From NCBI RefSeq assembly GCF_000172995.2, contig NC_014729.1:1380001-1412000 (forward strand): 32,000 bases of DNA, read 5' to 3'. This DNA is from Halogeometricum borinquense DSM 11551 (lineage in GTDB: Archaea; Halobacteriota; Halobacteria; Halobacteriales; Haloferacaceae). Below, one piece after another: positions 1 to 7,359 of the stretch (positions within the stretch are counted from its first letter, which is position 1; every line of letters starts with the position of its first letter). The translations under genes and the position numbers were made by a program. The notes beneath the pieces are model-generated. The model did not search any database. It saw only the letters and a list, made by a program, of their open reading frames with translations, and was not told the DNA's origin.

Positions 1-239
1 GGCGCCCCGCGTATTTCTACGAATGGTAGGGTTATACTTAACCTCGTTGATTCGGATCAATCTCCAAAAAATAGTTGAAGATGCGTGGGATTGTTTGACG
101 TTACTCTCTATTTTCGAGTCACGATGGATATTCGGGCAGTTTATATACTGTTATAGTGCGCAACGTACGCGGACGGGGGCGGGAAACAAAATAAGATATG
201 GTTACATTGGTCGAGTAGTCTCGATTTACAACGGGTCGC

Positions 240-246
240 TTTATAA
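240..246 (+). promoter_or_regulatory. Candidate archaeal TATA box (TTTATAA) for tbp
   Basis: TTTATAA sits about 30 nt upstream of the ATG at 275, inside an AT-rich intergenic stretch (1-274). The spacing fits a leaderless or short-leader haloarchaeal promoter. Sequence-only call. Confidence 0.4.
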
Positions 247-274
247 GCTAGGGGAGTGACGTTTCCAGCGAACA

Positions 275-835
275 ATGAGTGCGCCGGCAGACTCCATCGA
301 GATTCAGAACGTAGTCGCATCGACGGGAATCGGACAGGAACTCGACCTTGAGGCACTGGCGGACGACCTTCCAGGTGCCGATTTCAATCCCGACAACTTC
401 CCCGGCCTCGTCTACCGGACGCAGGACCCGAAGGCTGCGGCTCTCATCTTCCGGTCCGGAAAAATTGTCTGTACAGGTGCCAAGAGCATCGACGACGTTC
501 ACGAGGCTCTCGGAATCATCTTCGACAAGCTTCGCGGTCTGAGCATTCCTGTGGACGAAGACCCGGAAATCACAGTCCAAAACATCGTTTCGAGCGCCGA
601 CCTCGGACACAACCTAAACCTGAACGCGCTTGCAATCGGTCTCGGTCTCGAAGACGTTGAGTACGAGCCCGAGCAGTTCCCGGGTCTCGTCTACCGTATG
701 GACGAACCGGAAGTCGTCATCCTCCTGTTCGGTTCCGGTAAAATCGTTATCACGGGTGGAAAGCAGACGAACGACGCTGAGACAGCCGTCGAAGAGATCG
801 TCAAGCGAATCGATAACCTCGGACTGCTCGACTGA
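275..835 (+). CDS. tbp: TATA-box binding protein (TBP), two direct TBP repeats
   Basis: 186 aa with an internal duplication typical of TBP: IQNVVAS...FPGLVYR...LIFRSGKIVCTGAKS and VQNIVSS...FPGLVYR...LLFGSGKIVITGGKQ. Acidic halophile composition. Confidence 0.97.
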   Translation: MSAPADSIEIQNVVASTGIGQELDLEALADDLPGADFNPDNFPGLVYRTQDPKAAALIFRSGKIVCTGAKSIDDVHEALGIIFDKLRGLSIPVDEDPEITVQNIVSSADLGHNLNLNALAIGLGLEDVEYEPEQFPGLVYRMDEPEVVILLFGSGKIVITGGKQTNDAETAVEEIVKRIDNLGLLD

Positions 836-900
836 ACGGTCGTCTCATTTCCGTGCGACAGTCCAAAAGGTGATACCACCTGCTAAATAACGAAACGTGC

Positions 901-1734
901 ATGAGTGCACGTGAGGAAATTTCCTTTCTTGTCGGGTCTGAGAGCCGGATTGCTATCCTCAGAGCCCTTCAGAGTTCCCCATCCCGACCGAGCGAACTCG
1001 CCGCAGCGTGCTCGTGCGCGCGCGAGACAGCACAACGAACGGTGAGCGCGTTCGCCGAGAAGGGATGGGTCGAAAAACAACCGGACAGTGGAACGTACGC
1101 GCTCACTGCCGCAGGTGACGTCGTTGCAGACAGTTATGACGAGTTCGAGACGACAGTGGCCGTCGCGGACAGCCTCTCGGTCCTCCTCTCGAATCTCGGT
1201 ACGATCGTTTCCGACCTCGATCCCACGATCCTCCACCGACTCCACGGCGCAACGGCGACGGACGATGACCCACACGCACCGATTAATCGGTTTCTGACGG
1301 TCGTCGGCGACGACTACGTAGATGACTTCCGTGGTATCACGCCGATTGTGAGTCGTGTCTTCAACCAGGCTGCCGAACGCGTCATCGGGCCGGACTCAAA
1401 CATCGAACTCGTCATCGATGAACGCGTCTACGAGACATCGGTCTCCGAGTACCCCGATGATCTCGAGCGAGCCTTCGAACTCGACCAGTTCCAGTTGTTC
1501 GTCTCCGCGACGAGACTTGATTTTGGGCTGATGCTCGTCGATAATCACGCGTTCCTCGGCGCGTACGACCAACACGGAAACCTCATCGCCAGCGTTGACG
1601 GCACCGACGAGGCGTTCGTCGAGTGGGCAGAGCAGACGTACCAACAGTACCGAGCGGACGCCGACACCCCCACTGCGGTCGAAGAGACAACGCCCGAATC
1701 TGGGGTAACACACGGTTCCGCCAACGATCAGTGA
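901..1734 (+). CDS. Winged helix-turn-helix transcriptional regulator (ArsR-like N-terminal wHTH plus about 190-aa C-terminal domain)
   Basis: The N-terminus, RIAILRALQSSPSRPSELAAACSCARETAQRTVSAFAEKGWVEK, reads as a wHTH. A long acidic C-terminal domain follows, as in archaeal HTH-plus-sensor regulators. Family assignment of the C-terminal domain is from recall only. Confidence 0.7.
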   Translation: MSAREEISFLVGSESRIAILRALQSSPSRPSELAAACSCARETAQRTVSAFAEKGWVEKQPDSGTYALTAAGDVVADSYDEFETTVAVADSLSVLLSNLGTIVSDLDPTILHRLHGATATDDDPHAPINRFLTVVGDDYVDDFRGITPIVSRVFNQAAERVIGPDSNIELVIDERVYETSVSEYPDDLERAFELDQFQLFVSATRLDFGLMLVDNHAFLGAYDQHGNLIASVDGTDEAFVEWAEQTYQQYRADADTPTAVEETTPESGVTHGSANDQ

Positions 1735-1921
1735 TCGGGGCGATCACGAGTGATTAATCCAATCACTTCTGGGTGTGGGAAGATATAAGTCCCGGCTCGT
1801 AAAGTAACAGGTGCGGTCACGGCATCACGACAGCGTTCATCCCTCCACGCTTCGGCCCGAAATCCACAGTAGACAGTGAGTGTGTTTCGAGAGTACCTGT
1901 GCCTCGTACTCTTAGGATGCC

Positions 1922-3127
1922 TCACGTGTCCACGTTTTCCGTCAGAACGTCACGAACGACCTGCGGGTCCTCTAACAACTGGTGTTTCGTGTAACTCCCT
2001 TCCGCACTCCCGCCGCTGTGTTTGGACTGTTCGATAATGTCGAGGAATGCGTGCTCTTTCAGCAGATCCCGAACCCGTCTAAGCGAGAGGCTATCTGACC
2101 CTTGTCCTGTACAGATGTTTTCGTACACTTCGTAGACGCGACTGGTTCGAAACCCGTCCTGTCGTTCGTTCGAGAGCGACAGCATAGCAAGGGCTTGCAG
2201 GACGTACCGCGAGTGCGGCGTCGAACCGCGGATGAGTTCGCGGAACCGGTCGGTCTCCGCCCGTTCTCGTGCTTGCGTGACGAACTCCTCGCGGACCGTC
2301 GAAGCGGCAGTCGATTGGGCGATCTCACCCGCATAGCGGAGAATGTCGATTGCTTTTCGCGCGTCCCCGTGTTCGCGGGCTGCGAGTGCGGCAGCACGGG
2401 GAATCGTCGAGGCATCCAGCACACCGTCGCGGAAGGCGTCGCTCCGGGCCTCCATGATGTCGCGGAGTTGGTTGGCATCGTACGGCGGGAAGACGAACTC
2501 GCGTTCGCAGAGACTCGATTTTACCCGTTCGTCCATCCGGTCTTTGTACTGAATCTTGTTGCTGATGCCGATGACGCCCAGTTTACACTGATCTATCTTC
2601 CCGGCTTCACCGGCGCGAGAGAGTTGCATCAGGATGTCGTCGTCGCTTAGTTTGTCGATCTCGTCGAGGATAATGAGGACGACGTCGTACTGTGCGTCGA
2701 GAATGCGCCAGAGTCGCTTGTAGTACGTCGAAGTGCTGAGTCCCTTGTCCGGCACTTTGATCCCGGTTACCTCCGACTGGTTGACGCTATCAGCGATAGT
2801 CTGGACCGCCTGCGTTTCGGTAGTGTCCTGCGCGCAGTCAACGTAGGCAAACGTCGCCTTCACGTCTTCCTCGCCTGCCGTTTCGACAAGACGTTGGGAG
2901 ACGTACTTCGCACAGAGCGACTTTCCGGTTCCCGTCTTGCCATAGATGAGGACGTTACTCGGACTCTGTCCGAAGATAGCGGGATTCACCGCCGTCGCGA
3001 GGTCAGAAATCTCGTCGTCGCGGCCGACGATGCGCCCCTCACCCGGTAAGTGATTAATTTCGAGGAGTTCCTTGTTGGCGAAGATGGGGTCCTCCCGGGT
3101 GAAGAGGTCGTCGCTGGTGTTCGGCAT
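1922..3127 (-). CDS. orc1: Orc1/Cdc6 family replication initiation protein
   Basis: AAA+ Walker A (LIYGKTGTGKS), Walker B (VLIILDEID), and a C-terminal winged helix. The N-terminus, FANKELLEINHLPGEGRIVGRDDEI, is typical of archaeal Orc1/Cdc6. Start set at MPNTSDD (ATG complement at 3125-3127), because the longer ORF to 3190 would read through two ORB repeats. Confidence 0.95.
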   Translation of the reverse strand: MPNTSDDLFTREDPIFANKELLEINHLPGEGRIVGRDDEISDLATAVNPAIFGQSPSNVLIYGKTGTGKSLCAKYVSQRLVETAGEEDVKATFAYVDCAQDTTETQAVQTIADSVNQSEVTGIKVPDKGLSTSTYYKRLWRILDAQYDVVLIILDEIDKLSDDDILMQLSRAGEAGKIDQCKLGVIGISNKIQYKDRMDERVKSSLCEREFVFPPYDANQLRDIMEARSDAFRDGVLDASTIPRAAALAAREHGDARKAIDILRYAGEIAQSTAASTVREEFVTQARERAETDRFRELIRGSTPHSRYVLQALAMLSLSNERQDGFRTSRVYEVYENICTGQGSDSLSLRRVRDLLKEHAFLDIIEQSKHSGGSAEGSYTKHQLLEDPQVVRDVLTENVDT

Positions 3128-3134
3128 AGTACAG

Positions 3135-3154
3135 GACACCGTGTTTCCGGTGAA
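3135..3154 (-). repeat. ORB1 (reads TTCACCGGAAACACGGTGTC on the minus strand)
   Basis: Exact 20-mer match to the array consensus. It lies 8-27 nt upstream of the orc1 start codon. Confidence 0.85.
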
Positions 3155-3182
3155 ATGGCTTGCCATCTTCGGGCGCGACACA

Positions 3183-3202
3183 CACACCACGTTTCCGGTG
3201 AA
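3183..3202 (-). repeat. ORB2 (reads TTCACCGGAAACGTGGTGTG on the minus strand)
   Basis: Member of the 20-mer repeat family, inverted relative to ORB3-9. Confidence 0.85.
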
Positions 3203-3247
3203 CGCCCAAATTGCTGGGGGTTCGTCCAGATGAAACGGGGGTTTCGA

Positions 3248-3267
3248 TTCACCGGAAACGTGGTGTC
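3248..3267 (+). repeat. ORB3 (TTCACCGGAAACGTGGTGTC, followed by CCC)
   Basis: Member of the 20-mer repeat family. It forms an inverted pair with ORB2 across a 45-nt spacer. Confidence 0.85.
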
Positions 3268-3539
3268 CCCGATTACCACTGTGCTGAACAACGCGAAAGG
3301 AGCCGCCGATTAGAGGCGATCAGTTATCAAAGCGTACGCTGGGAAACAGCGGAGAAGGACGTGATATGTACGAGAATAGCAATAATACGGAGAATCAGGA
3401 ACTCGTGCTTGTCCCGGGTTTCTCGACAGAAAACGACTGTCCCAGTTCTCTTGAATGGATATTACGGATCGATTTGAACTCAGAAACGACATCCATCCTA
3501 GGTCGGGTTTCAAGAGTCGCTTCGCTTGCAACAAGTTCG

Positions 3540-3625
3540 AGTCTCGAACTTTTTCTTGTTTACGAGTGTATCAATGGACTTTAACACTAAACAACTATTT
3601 AATAGTTGTTATATGCTGGATGAGA
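3540..3625. other. Probable duplex unwinding element (most AT-rich part of the origin)
   Basis: About 31% GC over 3541-3620, counted by hand, against roughly 60%+ in flanking genes. Contains a perfect 10+10 palindrome, AACAACTATT-T-AATAGTTGTT, at 3590-3610. Confidence 0.55.
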
Positions 3626-3762
3626 AGCACCCATACCGTGATCTAGGTGGGGAGATGAGACGAGAACTAGGCAGAGAGGCGAAACGAACGAGAGACGACG
3701 GACCACCGACCGACTTTTTCGACTGTTTTGCCGTCGATTCCGACCCGATAAGGAACGGTCTA

Positions 3763-3782
3763 TTCACCGGAAACACGGTGTG
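3763..3782 (+). repeat. ORB4 (TTCACCGGAAACACGGTGTG)
   Basis: Member of the 20-mer repeat family. Confidence 0.85.
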
Positions 3783-3848
3783 GTCGTTATTCACACGGCA
3801 ATACGTATCCGTACAGTACTCCTGTCTTACTGCCTGATATACGGCGAA

Positions 3849-3868
3849 TTCATCGGAAACAGGGTGTC
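3849..3868 (+). repeat. ORB5, degenerate (TTCATCGGAAACAGGGTGTC)
   Basis: Two mismatches to the consensus, same orientation as ORB3-9. Confidence 0.65.
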
Positions 3869-4011
3869 TTCGGAACACGGCCATTTAACAATCGAGGAAA
3901 ATCCCTCTATGCCGCCGAAATCTCGAACAGTCTCAAGTGATTCCGGACTAGGTTGTCGCCTCACTGGGGAACCATCGGCCGTCAGAGCACCCCACCCTCA
4001 CCACACACCGA

Positions 4012-4031
4012 TTCACCGGAAACCCGGTGTG
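4012..4031 (+). repeat. ORB6 (TTCACCGGAAACCCGGTGTG)
   Basis: Member of the 20-mer repeat family. Confidence 0.85.
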
Positions 4032-4068
4032 TCTCTGTCTTATCCGATCCACGTGCTGTTCGTGAAAT

Positions 4069-4088
4069 CTCACCGGAAACACGGTGTG
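4069..4088 (+). repeat. ORB7 (CTCACCGGAAACACGGTGTG, followed by TTTCCCC)
   Basis: Member of the 20-mer repeat family, one mismatch at position 1. Confidence 0.8.
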
Positions 4089-4150
4089 TTTCCCCGGTGC
4101 ACAGTCCCACCCGTCACTGCCGTCACCGGGGTGAAAAGCCGGGGCGACGT

Positions 4151-4170
4151 TTCACCGGAAACGAGGTGTC
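4151..4170 (+). repeat. ORB8 (TTCACCGGAAACGAGGTGTC)
   Basis: Member of the 20-mer repeat family. Confidence 0.85.
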
Positions 4171-4272
4171 TGTTCGTCTACATTCGACACGAGGGTCTAC
4201 TTGATGTAGACCCCCGGCCGGTGCCGTCAAACTGGGACCGCCGCTCGTTCGACACCCCCAGGTACAGATTCA

Positions 4273-4292
4273 TTCACCGGAAACACGGTGTC
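4273..4292 (+). repeat. ORB9 (TTCACCGGAAACACGGTGTC)
   Basis: Identical to the reverse complement of ORB1. Confidence 0.85.
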
Positions 4293-4652
4293 TCTACCGG
4301 ATATCCGCCGACGTGCGGTCAGCAGTTGGTACCTACGACATCACTCAGCACCTACGACATCACTCATTGCGTCGCACCTGCTACGCTATTTGCAATCTCT
4401 TAATCCAGAACGTCATCACCACGACACTCACCCACATATCGTGTTATCGAAGATACAATATCTCCAAACAAAGTCACTACAGACCGAAACAAAACGACGA
4501 TTTTATCCGGATGATCTGTCGTCTCCGTCAGTTCGATAAGGCCTCCGCTCGTATAGTAAGTGATGACGTCCTCGGTGTTCCGCTGGGCACGGCACGGGGT
4601 CTGTCGAATCGGTGCGTGGGGTGCTGCTCCGTTCCGGTGGGTTGCTCACGCC

Positions 4653-5105
4653 ATGCGTTCGGCCGACTCTGGTTCCGTAGACGAACGAGGATGGGAACTC
4701 AACCGCCCGCGACGAACGGAGACGCAGTGGCGACGCGATGACGAGACGGTTCGGTGCTTTCGCTTCGACGATGGCTACGTTTCGACGGTCGTGTACGAGA
4801 CAAGAGATGTGACGTGGCAGTTGACTCCCGGACAGGTTCCCCTCGCCAGTGCGCTTGCCATGGCGACGGTGTATCGACAACACAGTACGACGCCGCAGAT
4901 CGACCCGGATGGGCGACCGTTCGTCGCCGTCGGGGAATCCGGACCAAGACAGGTGTTTGAGGAAATTGCAGACGAACCGGTCGATTACGTCTACCTCGAT
5001 ACCATCCGAACGCTCGAAGAGTTCCCTTCGTTCATCGAGGTGAGCGAGGAGACTCGACGCGTGTACGAACGGATGTCTCCGACCCGGTACAACACGTTAG
5101 GCTGA
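4653..5105 (+). CDS. Hypothetical protein (about 150 aa, acidic C-terminal half)
   Basis: The ORF is 4560-5105. The first about 30 codons are Arg/Trp/Cys-rich and look non-coding, so the start is placed at the ATG at 4653. The C-terminal half (VFEEIADEPVDYVYLDTIRTLEEFPSFIEVSEETRRVYE) has halophile-like composition. No recognisable motif. Confidence 0.45.
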   Translation: MRSADSGSVDERGWELNRPRRTETQWRRDDETVRCFRFDDGYVSTVVYETRDVTWQLTPGQVPLASALAMATVYRQHSTTPQIDPDGRPFVAVGESGPRQVFEEIADEPVDYVYLDTIRTLEEFPSFIEVSEETRRVYERMSPTRYNTLG

Positions 5106-5108
5106 CTG

Positions 5109-5187
5109 CCGTTCTCTTCTTTTCCGTTCTCTTTCTTCTCTCCAGCTCTCTCCCGTTCTCTCCCGTTCTCTCCCGTTCTCTCATTCT
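5109..5187 (+). repeat. Polypyrimidine tract with five CCGTTCTC copies, including 3 tandem copies of the 10-mer TCCCGTTCTC
   Basis: Only 8 purines in 79 nt on the + strand, counted by hand. CCGTTCTC occurs at 5109, 5124, 5153, 5163 and 5173. Perfect tandem TCCCGTTCTC x3 at 5151-5180. Confidence 0.85.
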
Positions 5188-5263
5188 AACCGCTCCACCG
5201 TCCGATATTCTCCGCCGACGGCAGGCGCAAGCCGTTTCCCCACCGGTCCCGTCAACGGAGACG

Positions 5264-7195
5264 ATGACGGAAGACGACGCGGGAGACACGGACGGTCCGT
5301 CCGACACTCTATCCTCCGAGTCGGACGAACTGACTTCGGAGCCGGACGCCGTTGGGCAGACAGATATTCCGGCGAACGTCGCCGTCGAAAATCTCTCGCT
5401 TTCCGACTTCTACGATGCGCTCGAAGCCGAGGGGCGCCCGGTGATGACCGCACAGCAGACGGGTCGGCGACTCGGTCTCTCCCAGGCGGCGGCCTCGGAA
5501 GCGCTCGATAGACTTGCCCGCGACGGGACACTCCAGCGCGTCGAGGTCGAAACGGATCCAGTCGTCTACTATCCGGCCGAGTGGGACCGCCTCGCCGACC
5601 GCGAACGAATCGTTCTCTTCCCCGAACGCCGCGAAATCGTCGTTGATCAACCGACGCAGTACACTCGCGCGCGCCTCGCGCAGTTCGCCCACCTCGTAGA
5701 CTCTACGGGTGACCGGAACGCGGGAACGCGGGGCTACCTCTACAAGATCCGGCAGGAGGACGTGTGGCAGGCACCGTTCGACGATCTCGACGCTCTCTTG
5801 TCGATGATGCGGTCGGTTCTCCCGCGCCGGTCGCCGCATCTGGAGACGTGGGTTGAGAACCAGTGGAAGCGCGCCAATCAGTTCCGACTCTACACCCACG
5901 AGGACGATTACGTCGTCCTCGAAGCCGCTTCCGAGAGTCTGATGGGGAACGTCGCCCGGCAGAAACTGGACGAAGAACATCTCGTTGCGCCTATCTCCGA
6001 CACGGAGAGTTGGGTCCGCGACGGCAAGGAAGCGCACATCAAGCGAATCCTCTACGAGGCCGGGTACCCAATACAAGACGACCGCGACCTCGAAACCGGT
6101 GCGGCCTTAGATGTCGAACTCCGCGCTGAGCTTCGGGAGTATCAACAGGACTGGACAGATCGGTTCACAGAGCAGAAGTCGGGTGTTCTTGTCGGCCCGC
6201 CGGGAGCGGGGAAGACCGTCACCGGGATCGGAATCCTCGCGGCCGTCGGCGGCGAAACGCTCGTGCTCGTCCCGTCGCGCGAACTTGCCGCGCAGTGGCG
6301 CGAGGAGATTCTACGGCACACGTCTCTCTCCGAAGACCAGATCGGCGAATACCACGGCGGACAAAAACAGGTCCGGCCGGTCACCATCGCCACTTACCAA
6401 ACGGCCGGGATGGACCGCCACCGGTCGCTGTTCGACGACCGCGAATGGGGGCTTATCGTCTACGACGAGGTACATCACGTCCCCTCTCGCATCTACCGGC
6501 GGAGCGCCGACCTACAGGCGAAGCATCGACTCGGCCTCTCTGCGACGCCAATCCGCGAGGACGACAAAGAAAAGGAGATTTTCACGCTCATCGGCCCGCC
6601 CATCGGTACCGACTGGTCGAAACTGTTCGAGGCCGGCTACGTGCAGGAACCCGAAGTGGAGATTCGGTACGTCCCGTGGGCCGACGACACCGCCCGCAAC
6701 GAATGGTCGAGCGCAGACGGCCGTGAGCGCCGCCAACTCGCCTCGATGAATCCGCAGAAGATTGCCGAGACGCGCCGACTCCTCCGGCAACATCCGAAAT
6801 CGAAAGCGCTCGTGTTCGTGGACTATCTAGACCAAGGCGAGGAACTCGCCGAGGCGCTCGACGTACCGTTCATCAGCGGCGAGATGCGCCACCATCACCG
6901 CGAGCGTCTCTTCCGCCAGTTCCGCGAAGGCGAGTTGCGGACGCTCGTTATTTCGCGTGTCGGCGACGAGGGAATCGACTTGCCGAACGCCGAACTCGCC
7001 ATCGTTGCCTCCGGTCTCGGCGGGTCGCGCCGACAGGGAGCCCAACGCGCCGGGCGGACGATGCGCCCCGCGGGCGGCGCACTCGTCTACGTCCTCGCTA
7101 CCCGCGGCACCAGCGAGGAGGACTTCGCACAACGGCAGATGCGCCATCTCGCGGAGAAAGGCGTCCGTGTCACCGAAAGCGACCTGACGACCTGA
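5264..7195 (+). CDS. XPB/Rad25 (ERCC3)-type SF2 DNA helicase with an N-terminal wHTH-like extension
   Basis: Walker A GPPGAGKT (nt 6194-6217), motif Ia LVLVPSRELAAQW, DEVH (nt 6464-6475), SAT plus the XPB-diagnostic RED motif in GLSATPIREDD (RED at nt 6554-6562), motif V ISRVGDEGIDLP, motif VI QRAGRTMR. The N-terminal about 300 aa include an HTH-like segment, MTAQQTGRRLGLSQAAASEALDRLARDGTLQRV. Confidence 0.9.
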   Translation: MTEDDAGDTDGPSDTLSSESDELTSEPDAVGQTDIPANVAVENLSLSDFYDALEAEGRPVMTAQQTGRRLGLSQAAASEALDRLARDGTLQRVEVETDPVVYYPAEWDRLADRERIVLFPERREIVVDQPTQYTRARLAQFAHLVDSTGDRNAGTRGYLYKIRQEDVWQAPFDDLDALLSMMRSVLPRRSPHLETWVENQWKRANQFRLYTHEDDYVVLEAASESLMGNVARQKLDEEHLVAPISDTESWVRDGKEAHIKRILYEAGYPIQDDRDLETGAALDVELRAELREYQQDWTDRFTEQKSGVLVGPPGAGKTVTGIGILAAVGGETLVLVPSRELAAQWREEILRHTSLSEDQIGEYHGGQKQVRPVTIATYQTAGMDRHRSLFDDREWGLIVYDEVHHVPSRIYRRSADLQAKHRLGLSATPIREDDKEKEIFTLIGPPIGTDWSKLFEAGYVQEPEVEIRYVPWADDTARNEWSSADGRERRQLASMNPQKIAETRRLLRQHPKSKALVFVDYLDQGEELAEALDVPFISGEMRHHHRERLFRQFREGELRTLVISRVGDEGIDLPNAELAIVASGLGGSRRQGAQRAGRTMRPAGGALVYVLATRGTSEEDFAQRQMRHLAEKGVRVTESDLTT

Positions 7196-7359
7196 TTCGG
7201 TGTCGTCGCTCTGAAGCGTCGTTTCTACGTCGAGAGACGGATGCCGTTAAGTATCGACCGTGCCTCGTCGGGTCCAGACGGTGGCGTTCGCCTCGACTAC
7301 GACATCGAACTCGCCTCAACTGCGGACATCACACCTCGAACGCTGCCACCACTTGCACG

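Larger units (their letters stand above)
3128..4300. other. oriC-type replication origin next to orc1/cdc6: ORB repeat array plus AT-rich unwinding region
   Basis: Nine copies of a 20-nt repeat in about 1.17 kb of non-coding DNA directly upstream of orc1/cdc6. An AT-rich core (3540-3620, about 31% GC by count) lies between ORB3 and ORB4. This is the classical archaeal orc-adjacent origin layout. Confidence 0.85.

Noticed and set aside
1922-3190. A longer orc1/cdc6 reading frame starting at 3190 (422 aa).
   Set aside because: The extra 21 codons (MVCVSRPKMASHFTGNTVSCT) overlap ORB1 and end at ORB2, and they are not Orc1-like. The MPNTSDD start at 3127 gives a typical Orc1/Cdc6 N-terminus.
3135-4292. 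A repeat array that could be mistaken for a CRISPR locus.
   Set aside because: The repeats are 20 nt, have irregular spacing (57-163 nt and one gap of about 500 nt), occur in both orientations and vary in sequence. There are no cas genes, and the array abuts orc1/cdc6. This fits origin recognition boxes and does not fit a CRISPR array.
2986-4741. Many 60-207-aa ORFs in the supplied track across the orc1-distal intergenic region (for example 3780-4403, 3953-4204, 4313-4741, 3050-3313).
   Set aside because: They run through the ORB repeats, which produce recurring peptide strings such as SPETRCV and HRKHGVS. They have Arg/Ser/Cys/His-rich non-halophilic composition and overlap each other in several frames. 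They are by-products of the repeat array and are not genes.
5309-6076. Long antisense or alternative-frame ORFs inside well-supported genes, for example 5309-6076(-), 7849-8358(-), 11235-11792(-), 11887-12639(-), 12179-12886(-), 14626-15438(-), 15726-16580(+), 17833-18468(-), 18593-19192(-), 21209-21982(-), 22323-23297(-), 22774-23547(+), 24571-25098(-), 25565-26074(-), 26409-26918(-), 27311-28027(-), 28180-28941(-), 30945-31646(+).
   Set aside because: These are typical shadow ORFs of GC-rich DNA. They are Arg/Ser/Pro/Gly-rich with a basic composition unlike halophilic proteins, have no motifs, and each fully overlaps a gene with strong family signatures.
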